Assembly (NCBI GenBank): GCA_016649855.1
Contig: JAENWQ010000001.1
Location: forward strand, 1-37,843
Length of the DNA: 37,843 nt
Direction of reading: 5' to 3'
Source of the DNA: Actinomycetota bacterium
GTDB lineage: Bacteria > Actinomycetota > CADDZG01 > WHSQ01
Below are positions 18,254-29,855 of this stretch, one piece after another. The stretch's first letter is position 1. Each line of letters opens with the position of its first letter. Position numbers and translations under genes: made by a program. Below the pieces are notes generated by a model, which had not been told where the DNA came from, searched no databases, and worked only from the letters and a program-made list of their open reading frames with translations.

Positions 18254-19123
18254 ATGTCGATCCCACCCTCGTCACCTTTCACCTTCACGCTGGCCGGCGC
18301 GGGTTGCGTCGGCACGGCGGTCGCCGTGCTTCTGGCGCGCGCCGGCCACATGCCCGTTGGAACCGCCTCCCGGAGCGCCGGGTCGGCCGAGCGAGCGGCC
18401 GGCCTGCTGGGGGCGGAGGCCTACTCGGTCGCCCGACTCCCCCCGGCCGATGTCGTGCTCGTCGGCGCCCCCGATGATGCGATCGCCGAGGTCGCAGGGC
18501 TGGTGCCCGCCGTACGGGGATCCGTCGTGTGGCACTTCGCGGGGGCACGGGGTCTTGGCCCCCTGGAGCCGGCGCTGTCCAGGGGCGCTCTCGGCGCCGC
18601 CCTGCATCCCGTCCAGGCGTGTCCTTCGATCGAGGCGGCCACCCTGCGTCTCCCCGGCAGCGCATGGGGGGTGACCTGTTCGGATGAGCTGCGGGAGTGG
18701 GCTCAGGTAGTGATCACCGGGGATCTCCGCGGGATCCCCGTCACCGTTGCCTCGAAGGATCGACCGGCGTGGCACGCGTCGTCGGTTATCACCGCCAACG
18801 GTATCTCCGCGCTCCTGTCTGCTGGGGAACGGGTCCTCGGTTCGATCGGAGTGGATGACCCCATCGCGGTTCTCGGGCCGATCGCAGCGGGCGTGATCGC
18901 CAACGCGCGCGAGGCGGGCGGAGCCACCGCGACCCTCACCGGCCCGGTGGTCAGGGGAGAGGTGGCCGTTATCGAACGGCACCTCGCCGCGCTCGAGGGG
19001 ACCGAAGGTCGTGCTCCATATGCGACGGCGACGCGGATGATCATCGCGGCCGCGGTCGCGTCGGGGCGGATCGACAACGAGACCGCCGCGAAGATGAGCG
19101 CGCTTCTGGGCGACGAACGATGA
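18254..19123 (+). CDS. Rossmann-fold plus DUF2520-like oxidoreductase-type protein
   Basis: ATG at 18254 preceded by ggag. Dinucleotide-binding motif LAGAGCVGTAVAVLLARAGH. Position upstream of panC matches M. tuberculosis Rv3603c. The stop overlaps the panC start (ATGA). Confidence 0.65.
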   Translation: MSIPPSSPFTFTLAGAGCVGTAVAVLLARAGHMPVGTASRSAGSAERAAGLLGAEAYSVARLPPADVVLVGAPDDAIAEVAGLVPAVRGSVVWHFAGARGLGPLEPALSRGALGAALHPVQACPSIEAATLRLPGSAWGVTCSDELREWAQVVITGDLRGIPVTVASKDRPAWHASSVITANGISALLSAGERVLGSIGVDDPIAVLGPIAAGVIANAREAGGATATLTGPVVRGEVAVIERHLAALEGTEGRAPYATATRMIIAAAVASGRIDNETAAKMSALLGDER

Positions 19124-19968
19124 AGATCGTCAGGACCGCCGGCGCCATCCGAGAGGAAGTACGAGCCGAGCGTGCGCGGGGTAGCTCGGTCGGTCTCGTG
19201 CCGACCATGGGTGGCCTCCACGAAGGCCATCTTTCGCTCGTCCGGAGGGCCCGGGAGGAGAACGACGTCGTGGTCGTGAGCATCTTCGTGAACCCCCTGC
19301 AGTTCGGCCCGGGCGAGGACCTCGACGCCTACCCGCGCGACGAGGAGAGGGACGTTCTGCTGCTCGACGGAGCGGGGGCCGGCATCGTGTTCGTGCCGCC
19401 GGTCGAGGAGGTTCATCCCGAGGACCGAGCGACGACGGTGACCGTCGGCGGCTTGAGTGAGGTCTTGGAGGGTGCGCACCGGCCCGGTCACTTCGACGGT
19501 GTCTGTACGGTCGTTGCCAAGCTCTTCAATCTCGTCGGTCCAGAGCGCGCGTACTTCGGTCAGAAGGACGCGCAGCAGGCAGCGGTCTTGAAGCGGATGA
19601 TCGAGGATCTCGGGTTCCCTCTCGATCTGGTTGTCTGTCCGATCGTTAGAGAGCCCGACGGGCTCGCGCTGAGCAGCCGCAACGCGTATCTCTCAGCTTC
19701 GGAGAGGGGGCAGGCGAAGGTCCTCTTCCGCGCTCTGCAAGCGGGGAGACCTCTCGCCGAGGCGGGGGACTACGTGGCGGCAGAGAAGGAGATGCTGCGG
19801 GTCCTCCGGACCGAGGAAGGCGTCGCGCCCGACTATGCCGCAGCCGTCGATGCGGATACCTTTGGGCCCCCGCTGCCGGGGGGCCGGGTCCTGCTCGCGG
19901 TCGCAGCGCGCGTCGGCCCCGCCAGATTGATCGACAACATCGATCCTGATATGGAGGAGACGAGCTGA
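19120..19968 (+). CDS. panC: Pantoate--beta-alanine ligase
   Basis: Motifs VPTMGGLHEGHLSLV and FGQKDAQQ; 282 aa. Confidence 0.93.
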   Translation: MKIVRTAGAIREEVRAERARGSSVGLVPTMGGLHEGHLSLVRRAREENDVVVVSIFVNPLQFGPGEDLDAYPRDEERDVLLLDGAGAGIVFVPPVEEVHPEDRATTVTVGGLSEVLEGAHRPGHFDGVCTVVAKLFNLVGPERAYFGQKDAQQAAVLKRMIEDLGFPLDLVVCPIVREPDGLALSSRNAYLSASERGQAKVLFRALQAGRPLAEAGDYVAAEKEMLRVLRTEEGVAPDYAAAVDADTFGPPLPGGRVLLAVAARVGPARLIDNIDPDMEETS

Positions 19969-20741
19969 TGCTGTTGACCGTCGATGTTGGCAACACCCAG
20001 ACCCTCATCGGGGTGTTTGAGAAGGACCGCCTCGAGCACGAGTGGCGAGCGTCGACGGACCCCAAGAGAACCGCTGATGAACTAGCGCTTCTGTTCGGTG
20101 AGTTCCTCCAACTGGCCGACCTTTCCTTCTCGCGGCAGATCACCGGCGTTGCCATCTCTTCGGTGGTGCCGAAGGCGACCCAGGAACTGCGAGAGATGAC
20201 CCTCCGCTACTTCGGGTTCCCTCCCGTGATCGTCGAGCCGGGGGTTAAGACGGGGATAGCCGTGCTTACCGACAATCCACGGGAGGTTGGTGCCGACCGG
20301 ATCGCGAACGCGGTCGCCGCTCATGAGATGTTCCCGTCGAGATCGGTGGTCATCGTTGATTTCGGTACCGCGATCACAGTCGATGCGGTGTCGGCGGACG
20401 GTCAGTACCTGGGCGGCGCGATCGCCCCGGGGGTGGAGACTGCTGCGTCCGCGCTGTTCTCATCGACGGCCCAGATCCGGCGGGTCCAGCTACTGGTTCC
20501 CGAATTCGCCATCGGAAAGACGACGGTCGGAGCGGTTCAATCAGGCATCATGTTCGGCACCGCCGCACTCGTAGACGGGCTCGTAGAGCGCGTGGCCAAT
20601 GAACTGGACGGCGATGTCGAGGTCATCGCAACGGGCGGGCTGGCACCGGTGATTATCGAACACTGCAAGACGATCCAGCGCTTCGAGCCGATGTTGACGC
20701 TCAACGGTTTGAGATTGATCTTCGAACGTAATATCGACTGA
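19968..20741 (+). CDS. coaX: Type III pantothenate kinase
   Basis: MLLTVDVGNTQT, GADR and DFGTA motifs. The start overlaps the panC stop (TGATG). Confidence 0.92.
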   Translation: MLLTVDVGNTQTLIGVFEKDRLEHEWRASTDPKRTADELALLFGEFLQLADLSFSRQITGVAISSVVPKATQELREMTLRYFGFPPVIVEPGVKTGIAVLTDNPREVGADRIANAVAAHEMFPSRSVVIVDFGTAITVDAVSADGQYLGGAIAPGVETAASALFSSTAQIRRVQLLVPEFAIGKTTVGAVQSGIMFGTAALVDGLVERVANELDGDVEVIATGGLAPVIIEHCKTIQRFEPMLTLNGLRLIFERNID

Positions 20742-20758
20742 CAAGCCGCAGGAGGAAA

Positions 20759-22207
20759 ATGACGGAGAGCTCCAGCTACCCCTACTCCTTCGACCGCACC
20801 GCGCTGGCGGTGGATATACAGACGCGCCATGGATCTCTCGAACCGGGTGGGGAGAGCGGCGACGTCGTCCACGTGGCCGGCCGGGTAAGGACGGTCAGGA
20901 CGCATGGGAAGGTGGCATTCGCCGACGTCGAGGACCCGTCCGGTCGCGTCCAGCTGTTCGCAACGATCGGGGTCCTGGGCGAGGACGGGATGGCCTCGTT
21001 CGCGGAACTGTCGGTGGGGGACATCGTCGGGGCCGAAGGCGAGGTCGTGATGACCCGTCGCGGTGAACTGTCCGTGAAGATAACGTCGACGGTGATCCTG
21101 GCCCCCTGCCGGCGCTCGATGCCGGACTCCTGGCACGGGGTATCCGATATCGAGGTTCGGTACCGGCAGCGTTACCTCGATCTGATCGTCAACCCCGAGA
21201 CCCGGGTGGCGATCGACGCGCGAGCGAAGGCGAACGCCGCGATCCGCTCGTTCCTCGAGGCCCGCGGTTTCATCGAGGTCGAGACACCCCTGCTGCAGCC
21301 GGTCGCTGGTGGCGCGGTGGCGAGGCCGTTCGTGACCCATCACAACGCTCTCGACATCGATCTCTACCTCCGTATCGCTCCCGAGCTCTACCTCAAGAGA
21401 TTGCTGGTCGGCGGGATCGAGAAGGTCTACGAGCTCAACCGCAGCTTCCGCAACGAGGGCGTCTCCACGCAGCACACTCCCGAGTTCACGATGCTCGAGG
21501 CGTACGAGGCATACGTCGATTACCACCACACGATGTCGTTGGTCGAGGAGCTCGTACGCGCGGTCGCGACGGAGGTCACCGGTGGAACCTCGATCGAGAC
21601 GTCCGAGGGCCCGATCGATCTCGCCGAGCCTTTCGCGCGCGTCACGATGTTCGAGGCCATCGCATCGAACGGTGGTCCTGACGTTAGCGATGCCTGGAGT
21701 AGCGGTGATCACGACGAGGTGCGGGCGGCCGCTACCGGTGCGGGCGTGAAGCTGGATCCGAAGTGGTCTCCGGGCAAGGTCCTCATGGAGCTATTCGAGG
21801 CGGTCGCCGAGAAGAAGCTGGTCCGGCCCACGTTCGTGTGTGGGATGCCGAAGGATGTCTCGCCGCTCGCCAAGGATCATCGCGCGATCGACGGGTTCAC
21901 CGAACACGCCGACCTCATCATCGGCGGGATGGAGATCGCCCCGATCTATTCCGAGCTGAACGATCCCGACGAGCAGCGCCGGCGGTTCGAGGCCCAGATG
22001 AAGGCAAGGGCCGCGGGGGATGACGAGGCGGCGATGGCGGATGAGGACTTCCTCGAAGCTCTCGCCTACGGGATGCCGCCGGCCGGGGGCTTCGGCCTGG
22101 GCGTCGATCGGCTGTTGCGCTTCCTCCTGGGCGTGGGCTCGCTGCGCGACGTGATCTTGTTCCCGATCCTGAAACCCGAGCAGAAGGACTCTCCCGTCTC
22201 CGACTAA
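20759..22207 (+). CDS. lysS: Lysine--tRNA ligase (class II)
   Basis: 482 aa with an OB-fold N-domain (GRVRTVRTHGKVAFADV), class II motifs (FRNEG, GGFGLGVDRL), and RYRQRYLDL. Confidence 0.95.
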   Translation: MTESSSYPYSFDRTALAVDIQTRHGSLEPGGESGDVVHVAGRVRTVRTHGKVAFADVEDPSGRVQLFATIGVLGEDGMASFAELSVGDIVGAEGEVVMTRRGELSVKITSTVILAPCRRSMPDSWHGVSDIEVRYRQRYLDLIVNPETRVAIDARAKANAAIRSFLEARGFIEVETPLLQPVAGGAVARPFVTHHNALDIDLYLRIAPELYLKRLLVGGIEKVYELNRSFRNEGVSTQHTPEFTMLEAYEAYVDYHHTMSLVEELVRAVATEVTGGTSIETSEGPIDLAEPFARVTMFEAIASNGGPDVSDAWSSGDHDEVRAAATGAGVKLDPKWSPGKVLMELFEAVAEKKLVRPTFVCGMPKDVSPLAKDHRAIDGFTEHADLIIGGMEIAPIYSELNDPDEQRRRFEAQMKARAAGDDEAAMADEDFLEALAYGMPPAGGFGLGVDRLLRFLLGVGSLRDVILFPILKPEQKDSPVSD

Positions 22208-22290
22208 GCGGGTATGGATGCGAGGATGCAGCCCGTGAGCGATTCAGAAATCACCCCCCTGAGCTGCACGCCCGCCGCGATCAGGAAAGC

Positions 22291-23721
22291 ATGAGCAGGC
22301 GGCACCTCGCAGCGGTCCTCGTCCTGTTGACCCTTCCCCTCGTGGCGTGCGAGGGAGAGGCGGTCGACGATCCCTTCCCGGTCAGGTCGCCGGTCGGACT
22401 ACCCACTTCATCCGACAGCCTGGTGATCGGTCTGGTGGGGACCCTCTCCGGTCCGGAATCGTGGCGTGGAGAGGATGCCTTCGAGGGCGCCGATCTCGCG
22501 GTGCACGAATTGAACCACGGCCGGCCCGATGGTGCGATGCCGATCGAGCTCATAGCGCTCGACGATGAGGGTGATATCGAAAAGGCGAAGGCGCGGATCG
22601 AGGAGATCGCCGGACTCGAGCGATCCATCGGCCTCATCTACGCCGGTCCTCCGGGGGCCCTCGCAGCGTCTGAGGACGTTCTCGCCGCGCGGGGCATCGC
22701 CGGGATCAGCATCTTTGGTGATCTCTATGGGCGCGAAGCTCTCACCAAGCACACGTTCCAAGCTGCTCCCTCGAAGGTGTGGGAGGCACGCCGGCTCGCC
22801 TCGTACCTGGGGCGCGACCGTGGGTACCGAAAGATCGGGATCATCGCCCCGAACGACGACGAGGGTAAGAGCGCGATCGAGTCCCTCCGAGCGTCCGCTC
22901 CGCCCCGCACCGTGGTGATCGGCGTTACGTACGTCGGGTCGGTGCTGCTCGAGGGGTCTCTGGATGAACTCCGCAACGCTCATGTCGAGGCCGTGGTAGT
23001 CGACGGCTCACCGGGGGCGTTCCGGTCTGCGATCGACGCGCTCACCGAGATGGGAGCCCTCTACGAAGGGACGGAGTCTGCCCGGATAGCCTCGGCGCGC
23101 CCGAGAGACCGGCGAGCGAGGGTCACCACGGGCTGGTGGCACCCTCAGCTGGCAGGTTTCGACGCCGCGATCAGCCCCCGGGTCGGGACCGGGGTTCCCC
23201 CGGGAACGGTCGCCTCGGATTCGTACGCGCGCGGGGTCCACTACCTCCCGGTGCCGAGCTTCAGATCGTTCCGTATCGCATTCGAGGAATGGTGGGACCA
23301 GCCACCTCTCGGTTGGGAGCAGCGTTCCTACGACGCCGTGCGGTTGATCGGGTGGGGGGCCGAGCGAGCCGAGCCGGGGGCCGATCTCAGCACCGAGATC
23401 GAAGCGACCCGTGACCAGAGGTTCGGTGGTCTCGACATAACCCTCGGTCCCGACGACCACACGATGATCGACCAGATGAGGGTGGGGCTGTGGGTCGTCC
23501 CGCGCTCCGCGGCGACCGTCAAGGAACGCGACCGCCTGCCGGAGAACCTCCCCTGGGTCCCCCTCGCAAGGGGGTTCTCTCTCAACGGAAAGGTCACCGA
23601 TGTGGCTCCCGAGGACTGGGATGACCTCTTCCGCAAGGCTCCTCCGGAGGGCGCTCCACCACCCAGGAACGGCCTCTGGCGATTCGGAGTGGCGACCCCC
23701 AGGTCCGATCCCTGGGTTTGA
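22291..23721 (+). CDS. Lipoprotein, periplasmic-binding-protein type 1 (LivK-like) solute-binding protein, orphan
   Basis: Lipobox LTLPLVAC. Has the LVIGLVGTLSGPESWRGEDAFEGADLAVHELN pattern typical of branched-chain amino-acid-type binding proteins. No adjacent permease or ATPase. Confidence 0.6.
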   Translation: MSRRHLAAVLVLLTLPLVACEGEAVDDPFPVRSPVGLPTSSDSLVIGLVGTLSGPESWRGEDAFEGADLAVHELNHGRPDGAMPIELIALDDEGDIEKAKARIEEIAGLERSIGLIYAGPPGALAASEDVLAARGIAGISIFGDLYGREALTKHTFQAAPSKVWEARRLASYLGRDRGYRKIGIIAPNDDEGKSAIESLRASAPPRTVVIGVTYVGSVLLEGSLDELRNAHVEAVVVDGSPGAFRSAIDALTEMGALYEGTESARIASARPRDRRARVTTGWWHPQLAGFDAAISPRVGTGVPPGTVASDSYARGVHYLPVPSFRSFRIAFEEWWDQPPLGWEQRSYDAVRLIGWGAERAEPGADLSTEIEATRDQRFGGLDITLGPDDHTMIDQMRVGLWVVPRSAATVKERDRLPENLPWVPLARGFSLNGKVTDVAPEDWDDLFRKAPPEGAPPPRNGLWRFGVATPRSDPWV

Positions 23722-23902
23722 GTCCTTCGGTCGAACGCGAAACTCCCTCTCCGCTTCACTTAGGCACGACCGTGGGCGTGCCGATGGAGCAATCGAGGGG
23801 CGAAAGATCCCACAAACCTGCCCCCGGCCCAGTTTGGTAGCGGATAGTTGGGTAGGGGAACGGATCGGACGTCTCGAACGTTCTAATAGCTGTAAGTGCG
23901 GA

Positions 23903-23931
23903 TGGGATTACAGGGTCCTTCTCCGTATAAT
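23903..23931 (+). promoter_or_regulatory. Candidate promoter for clpC (-10 TATAAT at 23926-23931, weak -35)
   Basis: A perfect TATAAT hexamer lies in an AT-rich island about 75 nt upstream of the GTG start. No convincing -35 was seen. Confidence 0.3.
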
Positions 23932-24003
23932 CAAGTAAGTAAGGGCAACCGCCGGGCACGACCCGTCCCCGGCGGAGACGAACGTAGAGGAGGCGTGGCC
24001 CAA

Positions 24004-26526
<2,523 letters not shown>

Positions 26527-26585
26527 GATCAACTGAGTTTCCACCGGGTGTCCGCCAAGAGGACATCTGGTGGAGCAAAAGATAG

Positions 26586-26622
26586 GCCCGACGCCGAGGT
26601 TCGCCTCCGTCGGGCTTTTCTT
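26586..26622 (+). terminator. Rho-independent terminator after clpC
   Basis: GC-rich hairpin gcccgacg..gagg-ttcg-cctc-cgtcgggc followed by ttttctt. Confidence 0.65.
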
Positions 26623-26649
26623 GTCTCACGTCCTCTCTAGGGTTGCCGG

Positions 26650-27993
26650 ATGGCAAAGGAACGCGTCACCCACAACTGCACGTCCTGTGGATTCTCCAGC
26701 CCCAAGTGGTTCGGGCGGTGTCCCGATTGCGGCGCGTGGAGTACCGCCGCCCAGCAGGGAGGCGATGGTCCCACTTCCGGGGTGACCGTTCTCGGTTCCG
26801 GTGGGGCGGCCCTCCACCGGTTCTCGACCGGTATCGACGAGGTCGACCGCGTGCTTGGTGGTGGGTTCGTGGCCGGTACCTGCGCCCTCCTTGCGGGGGA
26901 GCCCGGGATCGGGAAATCGACGATCGTCCTGCAGTTGCTCCAGGGGATGTTGAGCTCGGGCCGCAAGACCCTCCTCGTTACCGGCGAGGAGTCGCTCGAT
27001 CAGGTGGCGCTGCGCGGTTCGCGTCTTGGCATCGACGCCGAGCGGTTCCGGGCGCTGTCGACCACGTCGCTCGAGACCGTGCTCTCCGCCTCCAAGGCCG
27101 AAGCGCCCCAAGTGCTGGTCATCGATTCGATCCAGACACTCGAGACATCCGCAGCCGAACAGGGGGCCGGCTCGGTCGTGCAGGTACGCGACTGCGCCGC
27201 TCACCTCACCCGTCACGCGAAGGAATCCGGAACGATCGTGGTGCTGGTCGGCCACGTCACGAAGGAAGGAACCGTCGCGGGGCCTAAGACGCTCGAGCAC
27301 GTCGTCGATGTCGTGCTGACCCTCGAGGGCGAGCGCACCGGTACGGTTCGCTTGCTCCGTGCCGCCAAGAACAGGTTCGGTTCCTGCGAAGAGACGGGCG
27401 TCTTCGTGATGTCGGAGAGTGGCCTCGAGCCGGTGGCCGATCCTTCGGCGATGCTGCTGGCCGACCGGCGCCCGGGCGTCCCCGGATCGGTGGTGTTTCC
27501 GGGGCTCGAAGGAACGAGGCCCCTGATGGTTGAGATCCAGGCGCTCGTCGCCAAGAGCGATCTGGCGCAGCCGCGCCGTGTGCCGATCGGTCTGGACCCT
27601 CGGCGCCTCAGCCTCCTCCTCGGAGTGCTCTCCCTCCACGCGGGCGTCGATCTCCACGGGCTCGACGTTTTCGCCGCCGCGGCCGGGGGCCTGGCGATCA
27701 AGGAGCCGGCTTCGGATCTGGCCGTTGCGCTCGCCCTTCTGTCGGCCGCGCGCCGCCGACCGGTTCCCGCCGAGATGGTCGTGATGGGCGAGGTCGGTCT
27801 CGGCGGCGAGGTGCGGCGCGTCCCGGGGATCGAACGGCGTCTGTCAGAAGCCGCGCGCCTCGGCTTCACAACGGCCCTCATCCCCAACGGGATCACCAAG
27901 ATCCCGAAGGCGATGAGCTGCATCGTGGTACCCGACGTTCTCGCCGCGTCTCGCGAGCTGGGAGCGACGCTCCAGGCCGTGGACGCGGGTTAG
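26650..27993 (+). CDS. radA: DNA repair protein RadA
   Basis: N-terminal zinc finger CTSCGFSSPKWFGRCPDCGAW, Walker A GEPGIGKST, KNRFG motif, Lon-like C-domain. Confidence 0.95.
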   Translation: MAKERVTHNCTSCGFSSPKWFGRCPDCGAWSTAAQQGGDGPTSGVTVLGSGGAALHRFSTGIDEVDRVLGGGFVAGTCALLAGEPGIGKSTIVLQLLQGMLSSGRKTLLVTGEESLDQVALRGSRLGIDAERFRALSTTSLETVLSASKAEAPQVLVIDSIQTLETSAAEQGAGSVVQVRDCAAHLTRHAKESGTIVVLVGHVTKEGTVAGPKTLEHVVDVVLTLEGERTGTVRLLRAAKNRFGSCEETGVFVMSESGLEPVADPSAMLLADRRPGVPGSVVFPGLEGTRPLMVEIQALVAKSDLAQPRRVPIGLDPRRLSLLLGVLSLHAGVDLHGLDVFAAAAGGLAIKEPASDLAVALALLSAARRRPVPAEMVVMGEVGLGGEVRRVPGIERRLSEAARLGFTTALIPNGITKIPKAMSCIVVPDVLAASRELGATLQAVDAG

Positions 27994-28203
27994 CGAGCCA
28001 TGGCGTGCCGTCCGGCCGCCGGGCCTCGCCCGGCTGCCAGAGATTCCCTCGTGGTAAACTCAAGCATCCGCTCGGGCCGTGATCGACGAGGGATCTGAGA
28101 ATTGACGGGCGAAAGCGATGTCAGTTTGAAGATCCCGAGGCTCGAAGTTCTCGGGTTCAGAGGCGCAGCAGTCGGCACGCGCCGGGTGTAGGGAGGTTAC
28201 TTC

Positions 28204-28686
28204 GTGGGATTCAAAGTAGGGGACAAGGTCGTTTACCCGCATCACGGTGCTGCCATTATCGAGCGTCTCGAGGACAAAGAGATGTTCGGCGAGAAGCGGG
28301 AGTACTTCATCCTCCAGCTTGCCTACGGAGAGCTAACCCTTATGGTCCCGGTCGACTCGACCGAGGAGGTCGGCCTCCGAGACGTGACGCCGGCCAAGGA
28401 GATGCCGAAGGTCTTCAAGGTCCTGCAGAAGAACGAGCCCACCCAGAACACCACGAACTGGTCTCGTCGTTTCAAGGCCAACGTCGAGAAGCTCCGTTCC
28501 GGCGACATCTACAAGGTCGCCGAGGTCGTTCGCAGCCTTCACCAGCGCGACAAGGAGAAGGGTCTCTCGGCCGGCGAGAAGCGGATGCTCACGAAGGCTC
28601 GTCAGATCCTGGTCTCCGAGCTCACGTTCTCGAAGAACTGTAACGAGGAAGCCGCCGAGCAGATGCTGGACGAGGTCCTGGGATAA
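28204..28686 (+). CDS. carD: CarD-family RNA polymerase-binding transcription regulator
   Basis: GTG start. [18 protein letters not shown] Tudor-like N-domain, W residue in NWSRRFK, 160 aa. Confidence 0.93.
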   Translation: MGFKVGDKVVYPHHGAAIIERLEDKEMFGEKREYFILQLAYGELTLMVPVDSTEEVGLRDVTPAKEMPKVFKVLQKNEPTQNTTNWSRRFKANVEKLRSGDIYKVAEVVRSLHQRDKEKGLSAGEKRMLTKARQILVSELTFSKNCNEEAAEQMLDEVLG

Positions 28687-29372
28687 CTCCTTCCCCGCGG
28701 CCTGCAGCGATCCTCGTAGCGGGAGGCCGCGGCGAGCGCGCTCGATCCGGCGCCGATGACATCCCGAAGCAATTCCGGCCCCTCGGGGGGCGCCCGTTGA
28801 TCTCGTGGTCGTATGACGTCCTGCGCGCCGCAGGATGCGATCCGGTGGTGGTAGTGGCCCCGGATGAATTCCACGATCTGGTCCGTTCCGCGCTTGGTGC
28901 TCGCACCACTCTCGCGTCCGCCGGTGACGACCGGCAAGGTTCCGTTCGCAACGGCCTGGAGGAGGTGGATTCCGAGATCGTCGTGATCCACGACGCGGTC
29001 AGGCCGTTTGTGACCGCGGCGATGGTGACCGCCACCCTCCAAGCACTCGACGATCACGACGGAGCGATCATCGCCGCCCCCGTCGACGAAACCATCAAGC
29101 GGGTCGAGGGATCTGCCGTCGTGGGAACCGTCGACCGGACGGGGTTATGGCGCGCTCAGACCCCCCAGTCCTTCCGCACGGCCGTTCTCAAGAAGGCCCA
29201 CCGCGAAGCGGTCGGGGACGATCGAGTTGTCACCGACGACGCCGCGCTGCTCGAGTTCTACGGAGGCTCCGTTGTCGTGGTGCCGGGCGACAACCGCAAT
29301 CTGAAGATCACCTATCCGGAAGACTTCGCTCTCGCCGAAGCCCATGTGGCCTCGGGGACGGAGTCTCGATGA
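28683..29372 (+). CDS. ispD: 2-C-methyl-D-erythritol 4-phosphate cytidylyltransferase (start codon unresolved)
   Basis: The reading frame is open from 28644. The conserved N-terminus [13 protein letters not shown]...[16 protein letters not shown] lies at 28704-28800, upstream of the first canonical start (TTG 28797). The only near-cognate in-frame codons are ATA 28683 and ATC 28710. The stop overlaps the ispF ATG. Confidence 0.8.
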   Translation: MTPSPRPAAILVAGGRGERARSGADDIPKQFRPLGGRPLISWSYDVLRAAGCDPVVVVAPDEFHDLVRSALGARTTLASAGDDRQGSVRNGLEEVDSEIVVIHDAVRPFVTAAMVTATLQALDDHDGAIIAAPVDETIKRVEGSAVVGTVDRTGLWRAQTPQSFRTAVLKKAHREAVGDDRVVTDDAALLEFYGGSVVVVPGDNRNLKITYPEDFALAEAHVASGTESR

Positions 29373-29842
29373 GGATCGGTCAGGGTTTCGATGTACACGC
29401 ATTCGCCCCGGAGGGTCGTTCGCTGGTCATCGGCGGCGTGAAGATCCCTCACGACCGCGGGTTATCGGGGCACTCGGATGCCGATGTGCTCAGCCATGCG
29501 GTTGCCGACGCGCTGCTCGGGGCGGCGCGCCTCGGGGATCTGGGCTCCAATTTCCCGGGAGACGATCGCTGGAAGGATTCTTCGAGCTTGTCGATCCTCG
29601 AGGAGACGGCCCGGATGATTGGCGCCGCCGGCTACGTCATAGCGAACGTCGACGCGAGCGTCATCGCAGAGACTCCTCGGATGGCTCCCTATCGCGACGA
29701 GATGGCCTCCAACATCGCGGTCGCGCTGGGTATCGACGAGCACCTCGTCTCGGTGAAGGCGACGACCACGGATGGCCTCGGAGCCATCGGCAGGGGCGAG
29801 GGTATCGCCGCCATGGCCGTGGTCGCTCTGGAGAGGCGCTAG
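29369..29842 (+). CDS. ispF: 2-C-methyl-D-erythritol 2,4-cyclodiphosphate synthase
   Basis: Motifs [12 protein letters not shown] and GHSDADVL.HA..DA; 157 aa; ATGA overlap with ispD. Confidence 0.95.
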   Translation: MRIGQGFDVHAFAPEGRSLVIGGVKIPHDRGLSGHSDADVLSHAVADALLGAARLGDLGSNFPGDDRWKDSSSLSILEETARMIGAAGYVIANVDASVIAETPRMAPYRDEMASNIAVALGIDEHLVSVKATTTDGLGAIGRGEGIAAMAVVALERR

Positions 29843-29855
29843 TTAGAGTGGGCGT

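Noticed and set aside
23896-24003. N-terminal extension of clpC from the ORF-track ATG at 23896 ([23 protein letters not shown]...).
   Set aside because: ClpC proteins begin (M)[12 protein letters not shown] 24004 with an upstream gaggagg RBS reproduces that N-terminus. The extension is AT-rich and non-homologous and overlaps the putative promoter.
28640-28690. Programmed -1 frameshift fusing CarD to IspD.
   Set aside because: The frames differ by -1, but there is no X XXY YYZ slippery heptamer before the carD stop (..gtc ctg gga taa) and no obvious downstream stimulatory structure. Non-canonical initiation or sequence error is more parsimonious.
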